Source: an uncultured virus (IMG/VR IMGVR_UViG_3300047322_000261)
Lineage: Duplodnaviria; Heunggongvirae; Uroviricota; Caudoviricetes
Virus record (IMG/VR): IMGVR_UViG_3300047322_000261
Reading direction: 5' to 3' (one strand)
Length of the DNA: 64,000 bases
The notes below the pieces were generated by a model, which saw nothing but the letters and a program-made list of their open reading frames with translations, did no database searches and was not told the origin of the DNA. Shown here in pieces: positions 28,085 to 37,866 of this stretch (positions within the stretch are counted from its first letter, which is position 1; the number at the start of each line of letters is the position of its first letter). The position numbers and the translations under genes are program-made.

Positions 28085-28383
28085 TTGTATCCCTTTGGTA
28101 TCTGCATTTCTTGAACAGCAGCTATCTGCCACCTGGTCTCCTGTAATTCGTTCATGTAGCTATTGATTTTACTTAGTTGATCTCGGATTTCCGCGCGGCA
28201 ACTGTTATTGAACATTTCAATAGCTTCCTTGGGAGTGGCCGCTCCATACCTGCTACTATAAAACTCAGGCTTAGGCCCGTAAGAAAAAGTAATCTGCCAG
28301 CATAGAGCTTCAAAGGTATTATAGCCACGCTCTTTGCGCCGCTTAATCCATTCATCTACTTCGATCTCATATTTCGTTTTCAT
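28081..28383 (-). CDS. Early paralogue family member
   Basis: CWQITFSYGPKPEF...ATPKEAI...KINSYM. Confidence 0.65.
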   Translation of the reverse strand: MKTKYEIEVDEWIKRRKERGYNTFEALCWQITFSYGPKPEFYSSRYGAATPKEAIEMFNNSCRAEIRDQLSKINSYMNELQETRWQIAAVQEMQIPKGYK

Positions 28384-28975
28384 TTATAATTCGTCCCTTT
28401 TTATCGGTTAGGGTGTTGGCATCCGGCATGGCAACAGATTCAACATCCGTTATAGCTTGCTGGCTGTTCTTAATCCTTTCCAAGAATCTGTTCATTTCCC
28501 TAAGAAACTGCGTTCGTTCTTGCTTGAGAGCATTTAGGACGATCCCCTTGGCTTGCTCTGGTGTAGAATCGCTGTAGTAGTCACGGACAAACACAAATCT
28601 ATTATTCATATCTCTTGTCATTGCCCAGTGATTGCCATGTAGCAACCTTTTCTCGCGATCAGATTCGACCTTTTTGCGCTCAGCTTCAGCACTTACCACC
28701 CATTCTCTGTATTCGCGTTCCTCTCGTTGTTCGCGGGTTTCTGTTCCACCATCAGGCCTAACGATAGAACCGTCTTCGTTGAAGCGCATTATCTCCCTTC
28801 TGGAGCCTATATTTGTAGCCCTGCTACTGCGCCATGTCGTTCCGTCTGGTCGTCTGGTGTAAGTGTCTTCGTATAGATTTCCGTCAATAGGGCTTCGACC
28901 TGTTATTATGATAGGTGGCAGCGTTGTATCGTTTAGGACTTCCTCTACAATGTTATTATTAGTTGGACTTGGCAT
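28367..28975 (-). CDS. Early paralogue family member with long N-terminal extension
   Basis: HWAMT...DSTPEQAK...EMNRFL. Confidence 0.6.
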   Translation of the reverse strand: MPSPTNNNIVEEVLNDTTLPPIIITGRSPIDGNLYEDTYTRRPDGTTWRSSRATNIGSRREIMRFNEDGSIVRPDGGTETREQREEREYREWVVSAEAERKKVESDREKRLLHGNHWAMTRDMNNRFVFVRDYYSDSTPEQAKGIVLNALKQERTQFLREMNRFLERIKNSQQAITDVESVAMPDANTLTDKKGRIINENEI

Positions 28976-29279
28976 TGTGTTCCCTTCTGATGACTTTTAT
29001 TTTGTCTATGTTCCTCATGTGACCTTCAAGGTCTTGAAGATCATCTAGGTAGCGATTGATTCGCTGGCGGGTTTTAATAGCAAAGTCACGAATAGCTAGC
29101 TTAGGCGTTTTGAACAATTCTTCATCATCGAAGAAATATCCATGATAGTATGGCCCTTGTTCCCCTTCGGCAATCCATCCGTCATTCCTGTTGCTGTATC
29201 TACTAACGGTAAGCTCTCTAACTACCGGATTGTCGCCAGTGTCGTAACCAACAATAAATAAATTCACGGTTTTAGTCAT
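28959..29279 (-). CDS. Early paralogue family member
   Basis: GDNPVV...LFKTPKLAIRDFAIKTRQRINRYL; ACGGAGAA RBS. Confidence 0.65.
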   Translation of the reverse strand: MTKTVNLFIVGYDTGDNPVVRELTVSRYSNRNDGWIAEGEQGPYYHGYFFDDEELFKTPKLAIRDFAIKTRQRINRYLDDLQDLEGHMRNIDKIKVIRREHNAKSN

Positions 29280-29448
29280 ATTAGCTTGGTTTCTCCGTTG
29301 TGTTTGTAGGTGGTGCGCTCATTAGCGTAAACGCCAACATCGCGCCTAGGCCTAAAGTCTGCCCATCCACCGAATACATCCTTGACCATAGCGTTCTTGC
29401 GCTTCCAGTCAGCTTTCTTGGATGCGTATACTTTCTTGGGTTGCTTCA

Positions 29449-30006
29449 TTAATAATTCCCTTCTCCATCTGGAAATTCACGGCTAGGTGTCTCTGGCGTT
29501 TGCACCATATCGTCAAGAGATTCGCTTCTATCTGGCTCTGGCACAAGGTTGCTAACCATTGGCATAGGAAAAGGTGTGCTAGTCCATGATATGTTGTCAT
29601 AGGCTCTCGGTGCTACACGAGCAGCAGGTATTGGATAACTGGGGGCGGGTTGCTCCGCTGGACGATTGTGACACACAGGAGCCTCATTAAGAGCATCCAG
29701 AACCATGTTGCAAGCCTCTACGATCTCGTCTGTTACCTTATCTTCTAGCCCTATGCCCTCTAGTATGTCTTTTGCTTTATCTAGGTTCATGCTGTTTCCT
29801 TAATCGTATGCGGGTAGTATCCCAGCCTCGACTGCCTCTGCGTCGGTCATGTAGTCTTCAATCAGAATAGGCTCTGCGTTAGACAGAATCTCGGAACCGG
29901 AATTGGATTCTGAATAGCTCATTAAGATATCCTCTGCCTTTACCTTAGCTTCCTCTTTGGTATCTGCCTCTACTTCTGCCACATTTATCAATACGTTCCA
30001 TTTCAT
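29449..30006 (-). CDS. Two hypothetical ORFs (29449..29790, 29800..30006)
   Basis: AAGGA RBS before each; second has VEADTKEEA motif common in small phage proteins. Confidence 0.55.
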
Positions 30007-30011
30007 GTTTT

Positions 30012-30296
30012 TTATCCTTGGTTGAATGTCTGATTACCGATCTTCAATTCGGTTACTGTGTTAAGGTTCACCATGCGGTAGCCTTGGCTATCCGCAGACC
30101 ACACTGGCAGCAGGCCTTTGGTAGCCGGATTGAACGACATACCTTTGCCTGTCAGATTGCGCTGCATGCCAAGACGCGCACGCATGGTTCGCGGTGTTCC
30201 ATCTTTCTTGATGAAACTGATGGTGAACAAATGGCCTTTCTCGCCTTTGTTTGGCTGCGTGGTTGCGATTAATGCGTTGAGTTTTTCGATGTTCAT
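30012..30296 (-). CDS. SH3/Sm-like small phage protein (WYL_2/DUF2693-like)
   Basis: FTISFIKKDGTPRTMRARLG...VW.....GYRMVNL. Confidence 0.7.
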   Translation of the reverse strand: MNIEKLNALIATTQPNKGEKGHLFTISFIKKDGTPRTMRARLGMQRNLTGKGMSFNPATKGLLPVWSADSQGYRMVNLNTVTELKIGNQTFNQG

Positions 30297-30550
30297 AATT
30301 TCTTAGCTATCCCTTCCAGTTGTTTAATATCCTTAATCACTTCGCTCATGTTGTTAGAGCTTCGGATAATATCATTCTGCCAGTATTGGAGCATCCTTGT
30401 GGAGTCTTTCATGGCACACTTTAATGCCTCTTTTTTGGTGTCAAACCCATAGCTGGCATATCCCCTAGCTCGGATGGTTTTGATATACAGCTTTCCGGCT
30501 TTGTTGCGATCTTGGTAATAGGTTACACGGACTTTTTTCGGGTTTCTCAT
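30293..30550 (-). CDS. Early paralogue family member (divergent)
   Basis: GFDTKKEALK...QNDII. Confidence 0.55.
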   Translation of the reverse strand: MRNPKKVRVTYYQDRNKAGKLYIKTIRARGYASYGFDTKKEALKCAMKDSTRMLQYWQNDIIRSSNNMSEVIKDIKQLEGIAKKL

Positions 30551-32369
30551 TTTGCCTCTCTGTTAACTGTGTTGTATTTCCTAGCCTTGTTGCGCTTAGC
30601 GTTAGCTCGACCGTCTATGAACGGCACACCATCCACAAACGGTTCTAGGCCGCTCTGTGCGCTATCCAGCACTAGCTTAGCCTGCCACACAGGAACGTCC
30701 AGAACGTCAGCCATAGCCTGTAGCGTTGAGTTTCGTGTTATCATAACCCCGTTGTGATTTCTTTGATTTCTTGGAGTTTATTCTCGGCTACCACCGCTCG
30801 GTGCATCCAGTATATACGAGAGGCATCTAGCTTCCGCATTGCTTCCTGTCGAATCTGCTCATCTTCGTATGTTTTGTCTTGTTTCATTTTGCTAGCTCGG
30901 TTAATCCAGTATATACGAGAGGCATCTAGCTCCAGTGAGTATGTTGTGTTTTTTTTCATTTTGCTCCTATTAGGATTTGTTTCTCTGACTGTCGTTGCTG
31001 TCTTTCGATTTCTTTGTTGTGGCGATACATCATGATTTCCTCGATGACTACTTCCGGTTTGAGGCTAACCACCGCTCGCCAGAACGTGATGTAGTTAATG
31101 TCTGGAATGACCTTTCTGAGCGTCTGGAAGGCTCCCTGTTTCGTTTCGTTGTAGTCAAGCCATAGCTTGTAGTCCAACGGTGCATTGGAAAGCCTAGAGG
31201 CTTCCTGATAGGCTTCGTAGCCCTTCCTTGCGTTCATGTAAGTTTTCCAGAACATTACCAAAGCCGCCATTTCGATCTTGTTAAGCTGTAGTCGCTTCAT
31301 CGTGTTCTCCGTGTGATCTGTGAGCGGTTCCAGTTACCTATGCCACCAGTTGAGTTGTTAAGCTGGTCTACCATTGCCGAAGCGGCACACTCATGCCAGA
31401 AGCTATGATACTTTACTCCGGTCTTAGTGAAGACCGTATAGACATAAGAACCAGTGTTGGTGATTCGCTTTTTTTCATACCATGCCCTAGGCGCACGCTC
31501 GATCTCTACCGACTTAATTACTGCGCCAGCTTCGTTCTTGCGTGGCACAAGATTAATTGTCAGATTGATTGTAAGTCTTTTTGTCATTTACTTTCCTTGG
31601 TTGAACGCTACAACCCTAGCCCTAGCTGTGGCTGACGTTGTGTTTTCTCTGTCGAGTTTATTCATGGTTGCACCGAATGTTGACCACTTGTAAGAACGGC
31701 TTACTCGGCACGTTCCACGCTGCATCCAGTTAGCCTTGCAGGTCGAAACCTTGTCACGGCCCGCTGTTCCGCTGCCTTTTCGCTGGTGGCGAGCTTTCTT
31801 GGCTCCACGAATACCGCACCCTTTGGTTGGGAATGATGGTTTGGTTGTTTTCATTGTTTATCTGTCTCCTACGTTAGCTGGCATGTTGTCACACATACCA
31901 GAGTTAATTACCAATTTGGTTATCTGTGTTCGCAAGTTATTAAGCTTGGCTTTCATAACTCTATCAACAAGGTTCTTGGCTCTGCGATAGGTTGGGACTT
32001 CCGCATAGAAGCCAGTGTTTTTGTTATACACCGTAAAGCCATGCTCAAAATCGTCTTCGTAGCCGATAATCTCATGCCCACGGTAAATTACTGCCTCATA
32101 CATTAGTCGCACTCCCCTTCCCGTTTCAGGAACGCTCTCTCCGTTCCAGTATTAACCGCATCCTGCCATGTTTGCTTGCGAGCATAGCTGCCACGCATCT
32201 GTGAGTTTTTCCAGTTTTGCCAGCGAGCGCGACGACGCTTCCAGACCCTCTGCGTTGGAGTCAGGTTGGCGTCTGTGGCGTTTTTATTGGTGAAGCCTAC
32301 TGGGAGAGCCAGCGGCAACTCCAAGAACGATCTGTGGCCTTTTAGAGTGATTGTTGGTTTGAATTTCAT
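30547..32369 (-). CDS. Run of about seven small hypothetical early ORFs (30547..30744, 30741..30959, 30956..31300, 31297..31587, 31588..31854, 31858..~32103, 32103..32369)
   Basis: Tightly coupled ORFs, many basic; no recognisable domains. Confidence 0.55.
30805..30931. repeat. 28-bp perfect direct repeat (period 99 bp) inside ORF 30741..30959
   Basis: ATCCAGTATATACGAGAGGCATCTAGCT at 30805 and 30904; encodes LDASRIYW twice. Confidence 0.9.
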
Positions 32370-32370
32370 A

Positions 32371-32970
32371 TTATTCCCTGTTGTTGACTGAGATTGTCCA
32401 AGCTGCCTCAACGATTGTCCGGCTACCCATTGGGTGAGCCTCAACGTCTACGACCTTGCCATTAATCACGGCGAAAGCGTGTTTCCGACCTTCGACATAG
32501 AAGCGGCCAATCGGATGTTTGGCTAAGAACCGCGCCAGCGTCGTTTCCTGTCGCGTTACCTTCGTCAGTTTGTATCCGGCAACACCGTCAGCCCAAGCTA
32601 GCGAGAAAGACCCATTGTCGCGCCTTCCAGCGAGCTTAATAGCCAATCTAGCGGTGAAGAACGGAACCTGAGCAACGTTTGAAAACGCATGAACGGTGCA
32701 GCAGGCGCGATCTGCGACCTTGGTGGTATTACGGTCTGAATGAATCACCGCGACCACTGGCTTGATTTTGGGAGCGCGAAATAGTTTCGCCTTGCGTCCA
32801 GCCGACAGCTTGACGCGAACCAGCGTGTTTTCCTTCGTGGTGGGATTCGGAATGAACCTGACACCAGAGGATTTCTTAGATGCGGGGTTCCAAGTCCAAT
32901 GAGAAGGTTTTACCTTACGGATATTCCCAAGGGACTTCCAGTTGATTCTCGCGAATGAGGCTTTTTCCAT
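32371..32970 (-). CDS. Papain-like (Cys-His-Asp) fold phage protein with basic N-terminus
   Basis: CCTVHAFS...GRFYV...HAFAVINGKVVD; paralogue of 20664..21179; start uncertain. Confidence 0.55.
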   Translation of the reverse strand: MEKASFARINWKSLGNIRKVKPSHWTWNPASKKSSGVRFIPNPTTKENTLVRVKLSAGRKAKLFRAPKIKPVVAVIHSDRNTTKVADRACCTVHAFSNVAQVPFFTARLAIKLAGRRDNGSFSLAWADGVAGYKLTKVTRQETTLARFLAKHPIGRFYVEGRKHAFAVINGKVVDVEAHPMGSRTIVEAAWTISVNNRE

Positions 32971-33028
32971 CACCTGTAACTTAGACGGTATACGACGATA
33001 AGCAATGATTTTGTGCAATTCATAAAAC

Positions 33029-33063
33029 TGACCAAGGGGTAAGGAATTTCCCTACCCCTGTCA
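33029..33063 (-). terminator. Stem-loop after the GATase gene
   Basis: Minus strand TGAC-AGGGGTAGGG-AAATT-CCTTACCCCT-TG-GTCA-GTTTT; G-U pairing favours the minus strand. Confidence 0.6.
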
Positions 33064-33077
33064 CCTTTTATACGCAT

Positions 33078-34265
33078 CTAGCACGCAGGAGCATTGTGCC
33101 GATTGTTCAGCAACGGCATCGCTATGATTTTGCCGCTCGGCTGAGTAATTGAAGCAATGATTGGCTTCTCTCCTGCCTTTGTTTTACTAAGGTCACGAAA
33201 CTCTCTCGCCTTCGCTTCCTGTTGTTTCAGCCAGAACGCAACGTGCCTCTCTTGCTCTGTCTCTGGCGCAAACTCAAGATCACCCTCTAGCTCGGCCAGT
33301 GTTCGCGCTTCGCCAGCAGCAGCGATTTCTTCATCTGTTGGCTCGCGTTCTGAATCGTCTGCGGTGTAGCTGCCAGTAAACGCCGCGTTAAAGGCCGCGT
33401 CTGCCGCTTCGTTCTCGTCTTCATCGGTAAGAACACGTGGAGTGCCAGTTGTAATCCAGCGGTTGTTGCAGTCGTAGTAGCCCTGCGGCTCGTAGTCACG
33501 CACCTTAACCCAATCACCAACATAATCATAGTAACCGATGCTGCGATGAAGGGACGAATACACTGGGTTGGACGCTGTGCCAAAGCCGCGATAGGTTGGG
33601 CTAGCTAGGCTATTCCACATGTTACTAACAGAGCCTTGTGCGCCTTTCCAAGCACGTTTGATTGGGCCGTAGGCGTAACCTGAGTTACTATACCAAACAC
33701 CCTTATTCCACGTTCCCTTTTGCTCATTGAATAACCAGACCTTGCCGTTGACGTTCATTAAGGCGATCTTGTTATAGCCGATAGCTTCACCGACTACCTT
33801 GCCGAATCCCTCATGCCCAAACGGAACCATTTCCAGTAAAGGCTCTAGCAGCTTAGCAAACTGTTTTGAATCAGATTCGTTTTTGTCATCCTTGTGAAGT
33901 GAGCTAGGCAGTATACCATTGTGAACCAACGCATACTTGCCATTGCTAACGTCAAACGGGTGGCAGTTGTCAGCATTAACAACTCCGTGAGTAGCTATCC
34001 TGAAATGTAACAAGGCAGCATACTTTTGTAGGCCTTGATAGGCTTTCCAGAAGTCGTCGAAGCTAAAGAATCCTTTGTGAATCTCGATCTTACCATCCTT
34101 AGCGATAGCAAAACCAGCACCCTCTTTGTTGTTAGCGTAACAGTTTTGAAGGTATTTCCTTGCGATATTGACGCCTTTTGGTTTCCATACCGCGATACAA
34201 CCTAGCATGGGAAGCAACTGCCAACAGGTGCTAACCCAGTCTATGATTTGAATTAAGTGTGTCAT
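33078..34265 (-). CDS. Class II (Ntn) glutamine amidotransferase with a 22-aa N-terminal leader
   Basis: CIAVWKP...N.EGAG...HFRIATHG...NCHPF...HNG...SDS...WYSN. Confidence 0.88.
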   Translation of the reverse strand: MTHLIQIIDWVSTCWQLLPMLGCIAVWKPKGVNIARKYLQNCYANNKEGAGFAIAKDGKIEIHKGFFSFDDFWKAYQGLQKYAALLHFRIATHGVVNADNCHPFDVSNGKYALVHNGILPSSLHKDDKNESDSKQFAKLLEPLLEMVPFGHEGFGKVVGEAIGYNKIALMNVNGKVWLFNEQKGTWNKGVWYSNSGYAYGPIKRAWKGAQGSVSNMWNSLASPTYRGFGTASNPVYSSLHRSIGYYDYVGDWVKVRDYEPQGYYDCNNRWITTGTPRVLTDEDENEAADAAFNAAFTGSYTADDSEREPTDEEIAAAGEARTLAELEGDLEFAPETEQERHVAFWLKQQEAKAREFRDLSKTKAGEKPIIASITQPSGKIIAMPLLNNRHNAPAC

Positions 34266-34275
34266 GTTTTTCTTT

Positions 34276-35121
34276 CTAGTTAATTACCGCTGGATGAATG
34301 TAGTCCATATACGTTCTTCCGTGAACATCATTAAACGGTTCTTTACCATTCTCGATGATATAATCAAAGGCCTTAGCTGTGCAGGACTGCCTGTATGGTG
34401 ATGTTTGGCTAGGTGCTGAGTTAGCCTCTAGGACGTATGGATTACCGTTTGCGTCTACCATAACATCGACACCGCAGAAGTCTGCCCCGCCAACCTTAGC
34501 AGCTTTAATGGCAGCTTTGATTACCTTAATGGGCCAAAGATTCCATCGAACGTTGGCAAACTTTCCACCACGAGCAACGTTCCAAGCTACTTCATCTGGA
34601 TTAGCCGGTGTCTTGCTAGCTACCCATACTACCCGATTCTGGCATACGAACACTCGATACTCAGCTACCTTGGCAACCTTAACAGCTATGTAACCGTCGC
34701 CAAAGTTATCCAGTAACCAATGCTTACAGGCCGAAAAACTACCTACAAACAGGTTCCTTCCCTGTGAGTGAGTAGGTGGCCTAGCTATCCAGTGGTTGTT
34801 ACGATACTCATGCGGAACAGTGTCACCGCAAACTAGAGTGAATGGAACGGGAACACCAGCAGCTTGCATATCTAGCCTGCTCTGTTTTTTGTTCCCGCAC
34901 CAGTGTATAGCCTTAGCTGCGTTAACAACCTTGGCATGGATAGGAATGTTGGAAGTGCAACCCCATCTAAATACTAATGGTGTATCGTCATCGGTGGTTA
35001 CACTCTCCCAGTCACCCCTAATCCAGTTTCTAACCTGAGCTATCTGCTTTGTAGCAGCAGCTATGATTCCGTCTGCGCTTGCCTTACCAAGTGCGCGTCG
35101 TCTAAAGATAATTGCTTTCAT
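34276..35121 (-). CDS. ATP-grasp ligase (RimK-like)
   Basis: NKKQS...EYRVFV...DFCGVDV...YVLEANSAP. Confidence 0.88.
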   Translation of the reverse strand: MKAIIFRRRALGKASADGIIAAATKQIAQVRNWIRGDWESVTTDDDTPLVFRWGCTSNIPIHAKVVNAAKAIHWCGNKKQSRLDMQAAGVPVPFTLVCGDTVPHEYRNNHWIARPPTHSQGRNLFVGSFSACKHWLLDNFGDGYIAVKVAKVAEYRVFVCQNRVVWVASKTPANPDEVAWNVARGGKFANVRWNLWPIKVIKAAIKAAKVGGADFCGVDVMVDANGNPYVLEANSAPSQTSPYRQSCTAKAFDYIIENGKEPFNDVHGRTYMDYIHPAVIN

Positions 35122-36107
35122 TATTCCTCGAATGTTAGTCCAAACTCGTTCTTAGCTGAGCAGTTTTTGAACGGCTTCCATCCAACCTGCTCTGATAGGT
35201 CAGTAGCCTTACCAAACCAGCGGCACATGATGAATGACATAAGGTGCGGCCATTTGTCGCTATGCTTAACAAAGCGCATGAATCCTGCCCGACTAATAGC
35301 TTGGCTTAGCGTAACATCTTCCTGAGAGCAGAAGTCCAACAAGGCATCGACAAACTCAATGTTCTTGTAGACTGACTCTTTCTTTAGCGTTCCCTTGAAC
35401 ATGCGAAACTCAATCGTTTCCTGATTGCACAGGTTGATAGCTTCGTGTCGCTCGCTAGTCAAGGCGGCAGTCTCAGGGTCTTTCGCTTTATACTTAGTAT
35501 AGCTGTTGTCTTTGCGGCCAGACATAACATAAACGAATTTCTTGTTAGCTTGGCTGTTAATAAAGCATACTGCCTTAGCTATAATACCCTCTGTTAGAAC
35601 GTCGCGGCTAACGTGAACGTGCATACCGCAACGATCACTGTTCCACGAGATAAGACCATTGGGGCGTTTTGTCAGGAATTTCTCCCAAATGATATACTGT
35701 TTTTCTTTCAGATATGGTCTTGTTACGATCTCGATTCCGTTCTGTAGGGAACCATCACGTTTCATTATCACGGCATCACCCATGAGATCGTCAATTTCAC
35801 GAAGCTTTGCCTGAACGTTCTTCTCGGAAGGGTCTTTTACTTCGGTCTCTAGCTCGACGCCGAAATACCGCTTTCCCTTCTCGATCTTGCTAGTGTCTAC
35901 TCTTGTGCTGTATTCTGCTAGCTGTGGATTCTCGCGGAAGCATGGACGACATTGGTCGTTCCTCATGTGGTTTCGCAACATAAACTCCCCGCAGAACGGG
36001 CAGTAACGATAGCGAAGCGCGCATGAAATGCACCGCTCTGTGTCTAGGTATCTGTTAGCGTCGTCGCCCTCAGACACTAGGACTACATCGCACTCAATAC
36101 AATTCAT
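35121..36107 (-). CDS. Putative amidoligase (COOH-NH2 ligase type) with N-terminal Cys-rich region
   Basis: FGVELE...KRDGSL..GIEIVT...CGMHVHVS...AINL...TIEFRMFKGT. Confidence 0.88.
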   Translation of the reverse strand: MNCIECDVVLVSEGDDANRYLDTERCISCALRYRYCPFCGEFMLRNHMRNDQCRPCFRENPQLAEYSTRVDTSKIEKGKRYFGVELETEVKDPSEKNVQAKLREIDDLMGDAVIMKRDGSLQNGIEIVTRPYLKEKQYIIWEKFLTKRPNGLISWNSDRCGMHVHVSRDVLTEGIIAKAVCFINSQANKKFVYVMSGRKDNSYTKYKAKDPETAALTSERHEAINLCNQETIEFRMFKGTLKKESVYKNIEFVDALLDFCSQEDVTLSQAISRAGFMRFVKHSDKWPHLMSFIMCRWFGKATDLSEQVGWKPFKNCSAKNEFGLTFEE

Positions 36108-36644
36108 TGTTTCCTTTCTTTAGTGGTTGACCGTTATTATCAGCGGATGTTGTTAGTTTGTGTATCATTACCAATAGCGACTCGGTGTCCATAGAACCCG
36201 TAGCCAGATTGGTTTGAATCTTGATGTATTTCTCGGCTTCCCTAAGAGCGAAGCGCAAGTCTCGGATGTATGCTATTCGCTGAATGGCTAGCTGAGAGCT
36301 AATATGGTCTCGTGTAGCCACCCTAGCTCTTTCTTGCCTGATGCTATATAAGAACAGATGGAACAGAACCAGAGTTGCTATTACGCCAGCCGTAAGCAAA
36401 ATTTCAAATGGTGTCATTGTGCGTCTTCCCATTGCCAAGGATGAAGGTGGATTGTGGGACGATGATCTGTGTCACCGTCTTCAAATTCATCCAAAGCGGT
36501 TTTGATGTTTCGCATTGTGCCAGTGAACCCACGAAATTCGATTGGCGAACCTTCGTCATCGAACCCAATACCATTACTGGCCCAATCCTTCTCGTCGAGA
36601 ACCACCTTATGAACGGTGATTCGCTTTGTGAATTGCAACGCCAT
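36094..36644 (-). CDS. Two hypothetical ORFs (36094..36417 with N-terminal TM; 36414..36644)
   Basis: Coupled ORFs; hydrophobic ILLTAGVIATLVLFHLFLY. Confidence 0.55.
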
Positions 36645-36790
36645 TAGAAATCACTCGCGTCTTCAAATGACGGAGCCTCGTTTTTGTTTACTGGCGTTCT
36701 GTAAACGTAGTTAGCAATACCTACCGTTAATACAAACCAAGCAGGATACGCAAACCATACAGTATCCATTAATGCCAAGACATGTTCCAT
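36644..36790 (-). CDS. 48-aa membrane peptide, first gene after promoter copy 4 (not in ORF track)
   Basis: ACGGAGAAAACA-ATG; MEHVLALMDTVWFAYPAWFVLTVGIANYVYR...; TAATG coupling to the next gene. Confidence 0.6.
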   Translation of the reverse strand: MEHVLALMDTVWFAYPAWFVLTVGIANYVYRTPVNKNEAPSFEDASDF

Positions 36791-36841
36791 TGTTTTCTCC
36801 GTTGATTGTTTATGCGGCAGACGTAATTCTCCCGCACTACA

Positions 36842-36875
36842 AACTTAGACGGATATTTTGGCAATGCAACGGAAA
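36842..36875 (-). promoter_or_regulatory. Conserved promoter motif, copy 4 (TTTCCGTTG-N19-TAAGTT)
   Basis: Heads the 25-37 kb accessory block. Confidence 0.8.
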
Positions 36876-37039
36876 AGTTTTAAGTTTTTTCTGCACCCCA
36901 TTTAGCTAGGTGAATCAGCCGATCTTCAACGATTCGCCTGACAGATTCATATGCAATCCTGCCGAGAAGTTTTCTATTGAATCCAAACAAATACGTATTC
37001 TGTGCGCCCTCTACGAAATGATGGATTTCCTCTTGCCCT

Positions 37040-37369
37040 TTATCGCTTTTCCAAGTCTCGACGTTCGTTCTCTTTTTGTCTTTCATAATGCCAGCAAACA
37101 ACGGCAGCGTTCCATAGGTTAGCGTAAACATGCGGTATGCCGCTCTCAGGGTCTAATTCTTCTCCCTGTGCTGCCGCAAATGAATGTCTAGCACCAGCGG
37201 CTAGATATCTAGCAACGCCCTCATCTGGCTTATTGTGCATCCAGCTATCACGGTTCCCGTATTTAGCGTTACCATAGTCTGAAATAACAGAGAAGGCTTT
37301 TGTAGCCTCAAATGGAATTAGTAACGGGTTAACTTTTCCTGTAACATCTTTTCTGTCTATGTCGCTCAT
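37040..37369 (-). CDS. dATP/dGTP diphosphohydrolase-like (DUF5664)
   Basis: K...LLIP...YG..KYG..SW...RY..A..RH...GEELDPESG.PH...WN. Confidence 0.8.
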   Translation of the reverse strand: MSDIDRKDVTGKVNPLLIPFEATKAFSVISDYGNAKYGNRDSWMHNKPDEGVARYLAAGARHSFAAAQGEELDPESGIPHVYANLWNAAVVCWHYERQKENERRDLEKR

Positions 37370-37866
37370 GTTATGATTGCTAATGTATCTACTACTCTGC
37401 ATTGCTTATTGTATCGCTTCACAAACTCATCTACGGCTCTGGTAGCACCCTCGCAAGACCTTCTGCCGTAGTCATGGCAAGCTAGGACTTCTGGATAGAG
37501 ATTATCTAGGCAGAATCTCGTGTCGTCATACCTACCAGTAGCATCTATAAACGCCATATCGGCGTGTCGTAACACAGGTAATGCGTCTTGTGCTTTAGCT
37601 AGAACAGGTATCACCCTGCGACTAACACCATGCTTGGTTATGTTATCCATGAAGTAATTCAACGTTGGTGAAGGATTGTAACTTGGATAACCAGCGTGAG
37701 GGTCAATAGCTACCACGCTGATAGCTTGCTTAGCCATTAAGATCGTCGAGTAGCCAAGTAGCGATCCTATCTCTATTACGTATCGGTTTCTAGCTAGTGC
37801 CTCTAGCTCCCTAGCTTCTCGCTTGCTAAGTGACGAGCTAATTCCTAACTCTGTTATTCTACTCAT
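37366..37866 (-). CDS. Class I SAM-dependent methyltransferase (Methyltransf_24-like)
   Basis: VIEIGSLLGYST, AIDPH, AFIDA, CHDY...AVDEF. Confidence 0.8.
   Translation of the reverse strand: MSRITELGISSSLSKREARELEALARNRYVIEIGSLLGYSTILMAKQAISVVAIDPHAGYPSYNPSPTLNYFMDNITKHGVSRRVIPVLAKAQDALPVLRHADMAFIDATGRYDDTRFCLDNLYPEVLACHDYGRRSCEGATRAVDEFVKRYNKQCRVVDTLAIIT

Noticed and set aside
29291..36803. TTCTCCGTTG at about 29291 and 36795 as extra promoter copies
   Set aside because: They differ (CTCCG), face the wrong way, and read as the AACGGAGAA ribosome-binding site of minus-strand genes.
37040..37369. 2-aminoadenine (Z) genome pathway
   Set aside because: DUF5664 alone is not enough; no PurZ-like gene or dedicated polymerase is seen in the window.
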